Shown here piece after piece: positions 33,142 to 44,024 of a stretch of 64,000 bases of DNA (position 1 is the first letter of the stretch; each line of letters starts with the position of its first letter). The notes under the pieces are model-generated. The model was not told the DNA's origin and did not search any database. It saw only the letters and a program-made list of their open reading frames with translations. The position numbers and the translations under genes are program-made. Origin of the DNA: an uncultured candidatus Porisulfidus sp. (GTDB taxonomy: Bacteria > Pseudomonadota > Gammaproteobacteria > Poriferisulfidales > Poriferisulfidaceae). The stretch is taken from contig OZ243950.1 in the NCBI GenBank assembly GCA_965214545.1, forward strand, positions 132,813 to 196,812. The letters run 5' to 3'.

Positions 33142-33974
33142 GAGGCGGTGCAGAATTCGTTGTACCAGGTGCGGACGCGCTGCGTGACCGGGCCGGCAGC
33201 CGGATGGCCTACCGGCTGGCCGTCCAGTTCGATCACGGGCACGACTCCGCGGGTGGAGCCGGTGATCCAGATTTCCTCGGCACGCCGCAATTCATCGACG
33301 CGCAACAGGCCTTCCTGGCATTCCACTCCGTTCTCGCGCATCAGTTCCAGCACCAGCTTCCGGGTGATTCCGGGTAGGATCCGGGGGCTGAGTGCCGGTG
33401 TCCGGACTTGTCCGTCCACCACGGCGAAGATATTGCTGGTCGCGCCTTCCATGACTTCTTCTCCCCGATACAGGAGGGCTTCTCCCGCCTGTCGATCAAT
33501 CGCCGCCTGCGTCGCGAGGACGGTTTCCAGCAACATAAGAGATTTGATGTGGCAGCGTCCCCATCGCTGGTCTTCGCAGGTGATGGCAGAGATCGGGCCG
33601 GGCCTTGTCGGCAGGGGCTGCGCCATGGCGAAAACGGTGGGCCGTCCGTCCAGGAAGTGCTTGCGGAAAGCTTCCCCATCGGGGATGACGCCGCGGGTCA
33701 CCTGGATGTACACGAAGCATTCATCCGGGCTCTGTTCGATCAGGCGGCCGCAGATTTCCCGCCAGGTGGATTCTTCCGGCACGTTGTGGAGGTGGATTGC
33801 AGCCAGGCTGCTTTCCAGGCGTTTCAGGTGGTCGTCCAGGCAGCGCGGGCGCCTGCAATGGACAGGAATCAGCTCGTAGACACCGTCGGCAAACAGGAAG
33901 CCGTGATCCATCACCGGGATCGTGAGTCCCTCAAGGGGGCGATATTCGCCGTTGTAGTAGGCCGGGATCGACAT
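33138..33974 (-). CDS. Class IV aminotransferase (D-amino-acid / branched-chain type)
   Basis: 278 aa with fold-type IV motifs ([42 protein letters not shown]). It sits between dacC and lipB, where ybeD is found in E. coli. Confidence 0.75.
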   Translation of the reverse strand: MSIPAYYNGEYRPLEGLTIPVMDHGFLFADGVYELIPVHCRRPRCLDDHLKRLESSLAAIHLHNVPEESTWREICGRLIEQSPDECFVYIQVTRGVIPDGEAFRKHFLDGRPTVFAMAQPLPTRPGPISAITCEDQRWGRCHIKSLMLLETVLATQAAIDRQAGEALLYRGEEVMEGATSNIFAVVDGQVRTPALSPRILPGITRKLVLELMRENGVECQEGLLRVDELRRAEEIWITGSTRGVVPVIELDGQPVGHPAAGPVTQRVRTWYNEFCTAS

Positions 33975-34107
33975 GGCGGCGTTACGGGGCTGAGCCGTCG
34001 CGATGATTCTGCTTTTTGGGAAAGGTCATGTCGTCCTTGCCGATGTCTCCCGGTCTGGGTTCTTATTATGGAACCGGTGGGGGGCATCTCGCAAGGGCTG
34101 CCGCCGA

Positions 34108-35241
34108 TCAGTGCATCAGTCGCTGTATCCGGTGCCAGAGCCGGGTGAAAAAGCCGACCTGCGGCACATCCGCCAGCAGGATGGCCGGTCTCTGGACCAG
34201 AATCCGGTTTTCATGGCGCACGGTGATCCGCCCGACGGGTTGTCCTTTCACGAGAGGGGCTTCCACCTCCGGCTCCAGATGGTAAGTGGTTTCCAGTTTG
34301 CCGAACTCCGCGACCGGCAGGGTCATCACCAGCTCCTCGGCCAGACCCACCGGTGCCTGCTCGGCTTCCGCGAACCATACCCGGATTTCCGTCAGCGGAT
34401 CCATGCCGGCATGAATCTTCCGCGTGCGGAAGAATCGAAACCCCCAGTTCAGCAGGGCCCGGCTGTCGCGCACCCGGGCCCGGCTGCTTTTGGAGCCGAG
34501 GATGACTGAAACCAGCCGCATGTCGTCCAGATCCGGGCGCCGGGCGCTGGCGGCCAGGCAATAGCGCGCCGCCTCGGTGAACCCGGTCTTGATGCCGTCC
34601 ACCGTGGGATCCAGCTTCAGGAGCCGGTTGCGGTTCGGTTGCCGGATGCCGTTCCAGGTGTATTCCTGTTCCTGGAACATCGCGTAGTATTCGGGGAACT
34701 CGTTAATCATCGCGGCAGACAGGATGGCGATGTCGCGGGCCGACATGTAATGCTCCGGCCCACCGAGCCCGGACGCGTCGGTGAAGCGGCTCTGGGTCAT
34801 GCCCAGGCGCTTGGCCTCCGTATTCATCATGCTGGCGAAGGATTCTTCGCTGCCGGCGATATGTTCCGCGAGCGCGATGCTGGCATCGTTGCCGGATTGC
34901 ACGATGATGCCGCGCAGCAGGTCGATAACCGGGACCTGGCTGTTGATCTCAACGAACATCCGGGAGCCGATCGCCCGCCGCGCCTTGCGGCTGATCGTCA
35001 CCGGGTCCTGTTCCCCGATCAGGCCTTCCCCCAAGGCCCGGAAGGCCAGGTATGTGGTCATGATTTTGGTCAGGCTGGCGGGTTCGACCGGCTGGTCGGC
35101 ATTCGCCTCGGCGAGGACCTCGCCGGTTTGCGTGTCCATCAGGATATAGCTGGGGGCGTCGAGCGACGGGGCAGGCGGGATCGGGATTTCGGCCCAGGCC
35201 GGGCCGGTCAGCAGCAGGGCGGCGAGAATCAGGCGAGTCAT
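34108..35241 (-). CDS. dacC: D-alanyl-D-alanine carboxypeptidase (PBP5/6 family)
   Basis: 377 aa with a signal peptide, the SLTKIMT (SxxK) active site, SGN and KTG motifs, and a C-terminal beta-sandwich domain. Confidence 0.9.
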   Translation of the reverse strand: MTRLILAALLLTGPAWAEIPIPPAPSLDAPSYILMDTQTGEVLAEANADQPVEPASLTKIMTTYLAFRALGEGLIGEQDPVTISRKARRAIGSRMFVEINSQVPVIDLLRGIIVQSGNDASIALAEHIAGSEESFASMMNTEAKRLGMTQSRFTDASGLGGPEHYMSARDIAILSAAMINEFPEYYAMFQEQEYTWNGIRQPNRNRLLKLDPTVDGIKTGFTEAARYCLAASARRPDLDDMRLVSVILGSKSSRARVRDSRALLNWGFRFFRTRKIHAGMDPLTEIRVWFAEAEQAPVGLAEELVMTLPVAEFGKLETTYHLEPEVEAPLVKGQPVGRITVRHENRILVQRPAILLADVPQVGFFTRLWHRIQRLMH

Positions 35242-35999
35242 TGCTTCCTTATGGGTTGCCAGTGAGGGATGTTGATGGGGGTGTATTCGGTAATGCCGCG
35301 AGTGTCGAGTTCCGAGATGGCCCGGTCGAGTTCGGTGTGGTCATCGAACGGGCCCTGCAGGACCCGGTGCAATGGCGCGTCCCCTTCCCGGGTATGCACG
35401 GAAAGGCGCACCAGTCCCTGACGGCGCAATTTTTGCACAAAAGCTTCCGCGTTGTTTCGCAGCGCGAAGGCGCCGAGTTGCAGGAACGAATGTTCGGGCT
35501 CCCGGGGGGCCGCGCTGGGTCCCCGGATGGTGCGCACCTCGACCGGGGCCAGCCCGTCCTCGACCACCCCCAAGGCTACGGCGGCCTCGCGAGACAGGTC
35601 GATGATTCGGCCTTCCTTGAAGGGGCCGCGGTCGTTGATGCGGACGGTGATGGAGTGGTCAGTCTCGAGGTGGGTGACCTTGACCCAGGTGGACAGAGGC
35701 AGGGTCTTGTGAGCGGCGCTGACCTCGTTCATGTCGAACACCTCGCCGCTGGAGGTCTTCCGTCCGTGAAATTTCGGTCCGTACCAAGAGGCCAGCCCGC
35801 GCTCGACGTAACCCTCGGCCGAGTCCAGCACGTGGTAGCGCACGCCAAAGACGACGTAACTGGAGGACGTGCCGGAGCGGCTGGCAGATTCCCCATTGGA
35901 GTCGGAAAATGTCTCGGCGACGTAGTCGTAGACGCTGCACCCGCTGCCCGCCAGGGCCAGGGCCAGCAGTCCGGCGGCACGGTTAAGGCCCCGGTTCAT
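35238..35999 (-). CDS. rlpA: Septal ring lytic transglycosylase RlpA
   Basis: A lipoprotein signal (LALALAGSGCS), a DPBB domain (GLASWYGPKFHGRKTSSGEVFD) and a C-terminal SPOR domain. Confidence 0.88.
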   Translation of the reverse strand: MNRGLNRAAGLLALALAGSGCSVYDYVAETFSDSNGESASRSGTSSSYVVFGVRYHVLDSAEGYVERGLASWYGPKFHGRKTSSGEVFDMNEVSAAHKTLPLSTWVKVTHLETDHSITVRINDRGPFKEGRIIDLSREAAVALGVVEDGLAPVEVRTIRGPSAAPREPEHSFLQLGAFALRNNAEAFVQKLRRQGLVRLSVHTREGDAPLHRVLQGPFDDHTELDRAISELDTRGITEYTPINIPHWQPIRKQ

Positions 36000-36957
36000 T
36001 TTTCAGGGCCTGGCTCAATTGGTGGATCATCAGCGCGTACAGGGCGCTGTGGTTGTATCGCGTGATGACGTAAAAATTATGGAAGCCGACCCAGTATTCG
36101 GACGCGGTGGAATTCTCGAACCGGTGCACGGCCACCGGTTCGGTGGTCGGGTTCTGCAGCTGGATCCCGGCGGCGGCCAGTCGCTCCGGCGGGATGTCTG
36201 GAAGCAGGGCCTCGCTCAGCGGGATCTGGCTGTCCGGGTCGGGATGGGTCAGTTCCGCGACCGGCTCGCCCGGATGCCAATGGTGCTGCCGGAAGTAGTT
36301 CGCGACACTGAAGATGATATCGGCGGGGCTGTCCCACAGGTCACGGCGGCCGTCGTGGTCGCCGTCGATGGTGAAGTGCCGGTAGCTGCTGGGAATGAAC
36401 TGGGCCTGACCGAGCGCGCCGGCCCACGAGCCGCGCAGGTTCCGGATATCCAGCCCCGCTTCGCGTTCCAGCAGCAACAGCTGCGTCAGCTGCCGGCGGA
36501 AGAATTCCGCGCGCGGCGGATAGTCGAAGCCCAGGGTCACCAGGGTGTCGAGCACCGGATGCGCCCCGGTATTGCGCCCGAAGTTGGACTCGGCCGCAAT
36601 GATGGCGGTGATGATTTCGGCGGGCACTTGGTAGGTCTGTTCCGCTTCCCCGAGCAGTTCGGCATGCTCCTGGAGATACTGGCGTCCCCCGCGGATGCGC
36701 TCGTCGGTAAGGAAGATGTTCCGATACCAGTGCCAGGGCTTGGATTCGGCGGGGCGCCGGACGCTGGCAATGACGCGAGGCTGGTGCTGGCTCTCGGCGA
36801 TCAGTTCATGGACACGCTCGGAGGAGAGGCCGTGTTCGGCCACGACCTGCTCGGCCCAGGCGCGAACCTCGGGGCGGTCGATGTACGGCACGGGAGGGTC
36901 GCCTGCCAGGGCGAAACCTGGCAGAAGAGATAGCAGAAGCCAGTGATTCCGATACAT
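35983..36957 (-). CDS. mltB: Lytic murein transglycosylase B-like
   Basis: 324 aa with a signal peptide and an MltB/Slt family 3 core (AIIAAESNFG, GALGQAQFIPSSY). Confidence 0.85.
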   Translation of the reverse strand: MYRNHWLLLSLLPGFALAGDPPVPYIDRPEVRAWAEQVVAEHGLSSERVHELIAESQHQPRVIASVRRPAESKPWHWYRNIFLTDERIRGGRQYLQEHAELLGEAEQTYQVPAEIITAIIAAESNFGRNTGAHPVLDTLVTLGFDYPPRAEFFRRQLTQLLLLEREAGLDIRNLRGSWAGALGQAQFIPSSYRHFTIDGDHDGRRDLWDSPADIIFSVANYFRQHHWHPGEPVAELTHPDPDSQIPLSEALLPDIPPERLAAAGIQLQNPTTEPVAVHRFENSTASEYWVGFHNFYVITRYNHSALYALMIHQLSQALKNEPGP

Positions 36958-36973
36958 CGTGCGGGTTCCTTTG

Positions 36974-38080
36974 TTATTTGTGACGGGCGCGGGTGTAATG
37001 CCGGGCCGCCATCATCATACCGAATGCAGCCAGGGTGCTGATCATGGCGCTTCCCCCGTAGCTCAGCAAGGGCAGTGGCGATCCGGTCACGGGGGCGTAG
37101 CCGATGGTCATCGCGATATTGATCAGGACATGCAGGAGCAGGGACAGGCCGAGCCCGCCGACCAGCAGTTGGCTGAACCGATCCGGCCCGGCCCGGCTCA
37201 GGGCCACGACCCGCCACAGGATCCCCAGGTACAGCAGGATCAGCCCGGCGACCCCGATCAGGCCGAACTCTTCGGCGTAGACAGAGAAGATGAAGTCGGT
37301 GGAATGTTCCGGCAGGAAGTCGAACTGGGCCTGGGTGCTTTGGGTCCAGCCTTTTCCGGAAATGCCGCCGGAGCCAACCGCGATCTTGGATTGGATCACG
37401 TTGTAGCCGCTGCCGAGCGGGTCGGCCTCCGGGTTGAAGAAGATTCGGATTCGATCTTTTTGGTATTCGCGCAGCGCGTACTGCCACACGAATGGCAGGC
37501 TGATCCCCGCCAGTGTCCCCATGCCGAAAATCCACCGCCGCGAAATCCCGGCCAGCAGGATGACCGAGATCCCAATTGCGGACACCAGCAGCGCCGTGCC
37601 CAGGTCCGGCTGGATGGCGACCAGCCAAGTCGCCAGCGCCACCAGCCCCAAAGCCAGGATGACGCGGAGGGGAGACAGGGGAGGCAGGGAAGAGCCCAGG
37701 AGGTAGGCCACCATCATGGGGGTGGTGAGTTTGAGCAGTTCGGAAGGCTGGAGGGCGATCGGGCCGTACGCCAGCCAGCGCTGGGCAGTGCTGCCGCTGC
37801 CGTAGAACACGACCGCCAGCAACAGGAACAGGTTGAACAGGAACAAGGCCGGAGCCCATCGTCTGAGTCGCTGCGGGGTCACGTGCGCCATGGTCAGCAG
37901 CGCAAGCAGGCCGATGCCAATGCGGATGGCATGTTGCTGGGTGGCGTGAGGGCTCATGTCGTTGGCACTGTATTGAATCGCCAGGCTGAGCGCCAGGACC
38001 GCCAGCAGCAATCCCATCAGGGTTCGATCCAGCGGTTCCAGCAGTTTGGACAGGGCCGGAGTGTAGAAGTGCTGTGCCAT
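36974..38080 (-). CDS. mrdB: Rod-shape peptidoglycan glycosyltransferase RodA
   Basis: 368 aa, a 10-TM SEDS-family protein. It lies downstream of PBP2 (mrdA). Confidence 0.92.
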   Translation of the reverse strand: MAQHFYTPALSKLLEPLDRTLMGLLLAVLALSLAIQYSANDMSPHATQQHAIRIGIGLLALLTMAHVTPQRLRRWAPALFLFNLFLLLAVVFYGSGSTAQRWLAYGPIALQPSELLKLTTPMMVAYLLGSSLPPLSPLRVILALGLVALATWLVAIQPDLGTALLVSAIGISVILLAGISRRWIFGMGTLAGISLPFVWQYALREYQKDRIRIFFNPEADPLGSGYNVIQSKIAVGSGGISGKGWTQSTQAQFDFLPEHSTDFIFSVYAEEFGLIGVAGLILLYLGILWRVVALSRAGPDRFSQLLVGGLGLSLLLHVLINIAMTIGYAPVTGSPLPLLSYGGSAMISTLAAFGMMMAARHYTRARHK

Positions 38081-39916
38081 TTATGAAGGGTCCAGGAGAT
38101 AGGCGTCCAGAATCTGGCGGGCGATGGGTGCGGCCAGAGTGGAACCGTGGCCGCCGTGTTCGACAATGACCGCCAGGGCGATTTTCGGCGCTTCGGCTGG
38201 GGCGAAAGCGATGAACAGCGAATGGTCGCGGATGTGTGCGGGAAGGTCTTCGGAATCCGGTCGTTTTTCGCCGTAGTTGATCACCTGTGCGGTTCCGGTT
38301 TTTCCTGCGATGCGGTATGCCGCGCCTCGCCCGGAACGCCAGGCGGTTCCATTCTCGGCGTGGACCACATCCACCATGGCGTCCGTGACCAGTTGCCACC
38401 AGGTGGGATCGGAGAGGGTCACGCGGCCGAGCTCTTGCGTCGAGTTCTGGATGACTTGACCGTCTTGCTCATAGGCGCGCAGCAGGCGCGGTTTCATGCG
38501 GACGCCGCGGGTGGCCAGCGTTGCGGTTGCTGCGGCGAGCTGCAGGGGCGTCAGCAGCAGGTAGCCCTGGCCGATGCCCATGATGACGGTTTCGCCGGGG
38601 TACCAGGGTTGGCCGTGGGTCTTTCTCTTCCATGCTTCGTTGGGAAGCAACCCGGTTTGCTCTCCGGGCAGGTCGATCTGCTGGGCTTGGCCAAGCCCGA
38701 ACTGTGCCAGGAATGGCTCCAAGGCATCGATGCCCATGCGGTAGGCCAGTGAATAAAAATAAACGTCGCAGGACTGGGTGATCGAGGAGCTGAGGGTGAC
38801 CCAGCCGTGGCCCTCGTCTTTCCAGTCGCGGAAGGGTCGCCGATAGTTCGGAATCTTGAACTGGGGGGCCGCGTAGAAGGGCTGGTTCGGGATGGCGTGG
38901 CCCGACTCCAGCCCGGCCAGAGCAACCAGAGGCTTGATGGTGGAGCCGGGTGCGTACTGCCCCTGGATGGCGCGGTTGAGCAGAGGGTTCTTTGTGTCCC
39001 GGATCAGGTCCTGGTAGTCGTCGGGATCAATGCTGTGCCCGAACACGTCCGGGTCAAAACTGGGCGTACTGACCAGTGCCAGAACATCGCCGGTTGAGGG
39101 CTCCAGGGCGACGATCGCGCCTTCCCGTCCGGCCATGGCCTGGCTCGCGGTCCGCTGCAGGGCGGCGTCCAGGGTAAGGAACAGGTTGCTGCCGGGGGTG
39201 GGCGCCTTGCGGTTGTGCACCATCAGGGAACGGCCCTGTGCATTGACTTCGGCCTGCTGCAGGCCGGGGGCTCCGAGCAGGAGGGGTTCATACTGGTGTT
39301 CGATGCCGGCCCGGCCGATTCGGCGGATTCCCCGGTAGCGGTAGCGGTCGATGCGTTCCCGGTCTTTCTTGCTGATGCTGGCCAGGTGGCCGAGCACGTG
39401 AGCCGTCGACTCTCCGTACGCATAGCGGCGTGCGGCATAGGCTTCCAGGTAGACGCTGGGGAACTGGTGCAAGTGCACGGCGACGCGGGCGATCGTTTCT
39501 TCCGGCAGGTCGATCTTGAGCGGGGTTGTTTCGAATCGGCTGCTTTGCCCGCGTTGCTGGAAGCGCTGGATCTCTCGGTCATGGATAGCGGTGAGTTCCC
39601 GCAGTTTTGAAATCGTAGCATCCAGGTCGTCAACCTGCGAGGGAATCAGGCTCAGGCTGTAGGCGACGCTGTTGTCCGCGAGCAGGGTGCCGTGGCGATC
39701 GAAAATCAGGCCCCGCGAGGGCGGGAGGGTGACCTGGCGCAGATGGTTTTCCGTCGACAACATGGCGAAGTGCGCGGTGTGTATGGTCTGCATCCAACCG
39801 ATCCGCAGCAGCAACAACAACAACAGCAGGCTCCCGATGCCGACCAGCAGGGTCAGTCGCTGGTGGGTTTGGGTGGCGCTGCGGTGGAACTCGCTTTTCC
39901 GGGTGGCGGGCGTCAT
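38081..39916 (-). CDS. mrdA: Penicillin-binding protein 2 (elongasome transpeptidase)
   Basis: 611 aa with an N-terminal TM anchor, the STIKP (SxxK) active site, SSN and KTG motifs. Confidence 0.93.
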   Translation of the reverse strand: MTPATRKSEFHRSATQTHQRLTLLVGIGSLLLLLLLLRIGWMQTIHTAHFAMLSTENHLRQVTLPPSRGLIFDRHGTLLADNSVAYSLSLIPSQVDDLDATISKLRELTAIHDREIQRFQQRGQSSRFETTPLKIDLPEETIARVAVHLHQFPSVYLEAYAARRYAYGESTAHVLGHLASISKKDRERIDRYRYRGIRRIGRAGIEHQYEPLLLGAPGLQQAEVNAQGRSLMVHNRKAPTPGSNLFLTLDAALQRTASQAMAGREGAIVALEPSTGDVLALVSTPSFDPDVFGHSIDPDDYQDLIRDTKNPLLNRAIQGQYAPGSTIKPLVALAGLESGHAIPNQPFYAAPQFKIPNYRRPFRDWKDEGHGWVTLSSSITQSCDVYFYSLAYRMGIDALEPFLAQFGLGQAQQIDLPGEQTGLLPNEAWKRKTHGQPWYPGETVIMGIGQGYLLLTPLQLAAATATLATRGVRMKPRLLRAYEQDGQVIQNSTQELGRVTLSDPTWWQLVTDAMVDVVHAENGTAWRSGRGAAYRIAGKTGTAQVINYGEKRPDSEDLPAHIRDHSLFIAFAPAEAPKIALAVIVEHGGHGSTLAAPIARQILDAYLLDPS

Positions 39917-41265
39917 GGTCGGGGAAGCAGAATGAATTGGCTGTGCGTCCCGCGCTGGACCTGGAGGAGCACTTGGGCGGAATCCCGGTCGAGGGTGGCG
40001 CGGATATCTTCGACGCTATTCACGGGACGGCGGTTGATGGAACGCAGCCGGTCTCCGGCCCGGATCCCGGCCTGTGCGGCAGGATAACCCGGTTCGACCT
40101 TAATGATCTCGATGAATGCCGTCCCGGCCTCCCGCCGGGTCGACAGGGTCAGGCCAGCCAGCGCCCGGTGCAGGTTGGCGCCCTGGATGCGCAGGGTCGC
40201 AGTCGCCGCGCGGACGGTCACGGCCTCGCGGCCGCGGAGCAGTTCGATCTCCACTTCGTGCCCGGCGCGCAGCAAGCCCAGCACATTGCGCATGTCCTTG
40301 ACGTCACGGATCTCTTCTCCGTCAATGCGCACCAGGATGTCCCCCGGGACGATGCCGGCCTGGTCGGCCGGAGACTCGTCCACCACTTCGGTGATGACGA
40401 CGCCCTCGGTCTGTTTGAGGCCGAAGGCTTCCGCCAGTTCCGGCGTCATGGCCTGGGCCTGTACCCCGAGCTGACCACGTTGCACCTGGCCGAACTCGGT
40501 TAGCTGGTCGGTGACCTGGAGTACCATGTGGATGGGGATGGCAAAACCGATTCCGATGTTCCCGCCGGAGCGACTCATGATCGCGGTGTTGATGCCGACC
40601 AGTTCGCCGCGCAGGTTGACCAAGGCGCCGCCGGAATTTCCGGGGTTAATGGAGGCATCGGTCTGGATGAAATCCTCGTAGCCGTAGTTGTCGAATACGC
40701 CGCTGCGGCCGAGTGCGCTGACGATCCCGGAAGTGACGGTCTGACCCAGGCCGAAGGGGTTGCCGATCGCCACGACGAAATCTCCGACCCGGAGCTGCTC
40801 GGAGTCGCTGAATGACAGGCTGGTCAGGCCGTCGGCCTCGATGCGCAGCATGGCCACGTCCGTCTCGCTATCCGAGCCGATCACCTCGGCCTTGATCTCG
40901 CGCCCGTCGCTCAGGGCCACCGTGATGTTATCCGCCCGGGCGATCAGGTGATGGTTGGTGACGACGTAGCCTTTTTCCGCGTCTAGGATTACGCCGGTGC
41001 CGAGCCCTCGCCGCACCCGCTTGCGGGTGGGGTGGCCGGGCAGGCCGAAAAAATGCTGGAAAAAGGGGTCCCGGAACAACGGTCCCGTGCGGACCACCTC
41101 TTCGTGGGCAGTGGAAATATTGACGACCGCCGGCACGGTTTTCTCCAGCATCGGCGCCAGCGAAGGCAAGGAGTCCTGGCCGTTTCCCCAAGGGAAGGCC
41201 GCCCAGGCGGGCAGGGCGAGGAGGGCGGCCAGCAATGCGGGCGCGATGCGGGGCAGGGCAGGCAT
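39913..41265 (-). CDS. degQ: DegQ/DegP-family periplasmic serine endoprotease (trypsin domain plus 2 PDZ domains)
   Basis: The start at MPALPRIAPALLAALLALPAWA is a signal peptide. The catalytic triad (H in TNHHL, D in DVAML, GNSGG) and two PDZ domains are present. Its stop overlaps the mrdA start as ATGA. The 58-aa upstream extension in the ORF track is not used. Confidence 0.85.
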   Translation of the reverse strand: MPALPRIAPALLAALLALPAWAAFPWGNGQDSLPSLAPMLEKTVPAVVNISTAHEEVVRTGPLFRDPFFQHFFGLPGHPTRKRVRRGLGTGVILDAEKGYVVTNHHLIARADNITVALSDGREIKAEVIGSDSETDVAMLRIEADGLTSLSFSDSEQLRVGDFVVAIGNPFGLGQTVTSGIVSALGRSGVFDNYGYEDFIQTDASINPGNSGGALVNLRGELVGINTAIMSRSGGNIGIGFAIPIHMVLQVTDQLTEFGQVQRGQLGVQAQAMTPELAEAFGLKQTEGVVITEVVDESPADQAGIVPGDILVRIDGEEIRDVKDMRNVLGLLRAGHEVEIELLRGREAVTVRAATATLRIQGANLHRALAGLTLSTRREAGTAFIEIIKVEPGYPAAQAGIRAGDRLRSINRRPVNSVEDIRATLDRDSAQVLLQVQRGTHSQFILLPRP

Positions 41266-41616
41266 AATCCCGGGAAGTATACCCGGTTCAGGTACTGGCC
41301 GGTGTGCGCTCGGTGGGGTTTTCACGGAATTGTGTGGATAGGCGGTCTGGGAGAAAGGTCCAATCCGCCGAGGCGGAAATAGATGGCCTCGCGGATGCGC
41401 TCGAAGCTGCGGCAACCGCAGGCTTGCCGCTTGACCCACTGGAGCCCTGTCCTCATCATAGAATGAGCCTGAAGGGGAGCGTGTACGGCCCCCTCACAGT
41501 CATGTCAAATCCCCTAAGAAAGCCATTGACTTCCCGTTTCGGCGCTGTTACTATTCGGCACATGATGTGATGGTCTGTCTAGGCCCTTTTCCGATAATAT
41601 AAAAGGGGTAACCGCC

Positions 41617-42108
41617 ATGAAGAAGATGTTGACTGGAATCTGGGGAATAGCCCTTATTGCCCTTTCTGCGATAGTTTTTGTGCCGCCTGTTGCGGCAGAT
41701 GAATGTAGTCATGAAGTTGAGGCAGATCCCGTTGAGGCAAAGGAAGGAAACAATGCCGTATTCAGGATCAAGGCCCAGTGCTCAGGGCCCTGGCCGCCAG
41801 GGTTCAAGTTTCGCTACAACTTCCAGACTCAAGACGACAGCACGGGTCGGAATGACTACAAGTGGAGATCCGGGTCTCACGTTTTTTCCCGAGGTAGCAG
41901 CACAACCAGGCGGGTTACCGTTAAGACCTACGATGACGATGAGTGCGAAGGTGACGAGGAATTCAAGTTAAACTTTGAACTGCAGGGTATGGTGAAGGGT
42001 ATTTGGATGGATTGGGCTGGAGGCCACCGTGGGCTGCCCGGCAGTTTCTCTATCAGAGGCGTGATCGAAGATCAAACATCGGGGTGTGGGGGCGCGAGTA
42101 GTTCTTGA
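41617..42108 (+). CDS. Small secreted Calx-beta-domain protein
   Basis: 163 aa with a signal peptide (MKKMLTGIWGIALIALSAIVFVPPVAA). DYKWRSGSHVFSRGSSTTRRVTVKTYDDDECEGDEEFKLNFEL matches the C-terminal consensus of Calx-beta domains. Local GC is visibly lower than the surroundings. Confidence 0.6.
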   Translation: MKKMLTGIWGIALIALSAIVFVPPVAADECSHEVEADPVEAKEGNNAVFRIKAQCSGPWPPGFKFRYNFQTQDDSTGRNDYKWRSGSHVFSRGSSTTRRVTVKTYDDDECEGDEEFKLNFELQGMVKGIWMDWAGGHRGLPGSFSIRGVIEDQTSGCGGASSS

Positions 42109-42175
42109 CCACGAATCCTGAAATCACGCATCATTCGCTTTGAGCGATTGAAAAGCTCGCTTTTTGACGAATTAG

Positions 42176-42266
<91 letters not shown>

Positions 42267-42282
42267 GGGGTTTCTCTGCTAA

Positions 42283-42615
42283 TCAGGCTTTCTGGATGTC
42301 GCCTGTTCCCGCCATCGGGGGCAGGTAGGTGACGTTTCCTTCGGCCTTGCGAATTTCGCCGGCTCCCGCTTTTTCCACCTCGTCGATGCGCATCACTGCA
42401 TGCATCGGGATATAGGTTCGAGGGACAGACTCGAACTCGGCTTTCAGGCGTTCCTCGCTCGGGTCGACCACGACTTGCGCCTTTTCGCCGAAAATGATCC
42501 CCTCGATGACAATGAAGCCGTACAAATCGGAGGAATAGACGTGTTCCGCGTAGATCTCGTAGATTTCTCCGTTGGAAAAGAAAATCACTTTGTAGATGGG
42601 CTCTGGCTCTTGCAT
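42283..42615 (-). CDS. DUF1820-family small protein
   Basis: 110 aa starting MQEPEPIYKVIFFSNGEIYEIYAEHV. The pattern is typical of the DUF1820 proteins found near icd/tRNA loci in gammaproteobacteria. Assignment is from memory of the family. Confidence 0.5.
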   Translation of the reverse strand: MQEPEPIYKVIFFSNGEIYEIYAEHVYSSDLYGFIVIEGIIFGEKAQVVVDPSEERLKAEFESVPRTYIPMHAVMRIDEVEKAGAGEIRKAEGNVTYLPPMAGTGDIQKA

Positions 42616-42657
42616 GACGCTACCGGTTCCGGGAAAATTAATTATACAAGACCTGCG

Positions 42658-44001
<1,344 letters not shown>

Positions 44002-44024
44002 GGCGCGCCCTCGGCCGAGGGCCG

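Noticed and set aside
39913-41439. 58-aa upstream extension of the degQ ORF (MGQAASLRLPQ...)
   Set aside because: The extension precedes an obvious signal peptide beginning MPALPRIAPALLAALLALPAWA. HtrA-family proteins begin with the signal peptide, so the internal ATG at 41265 is preferred.
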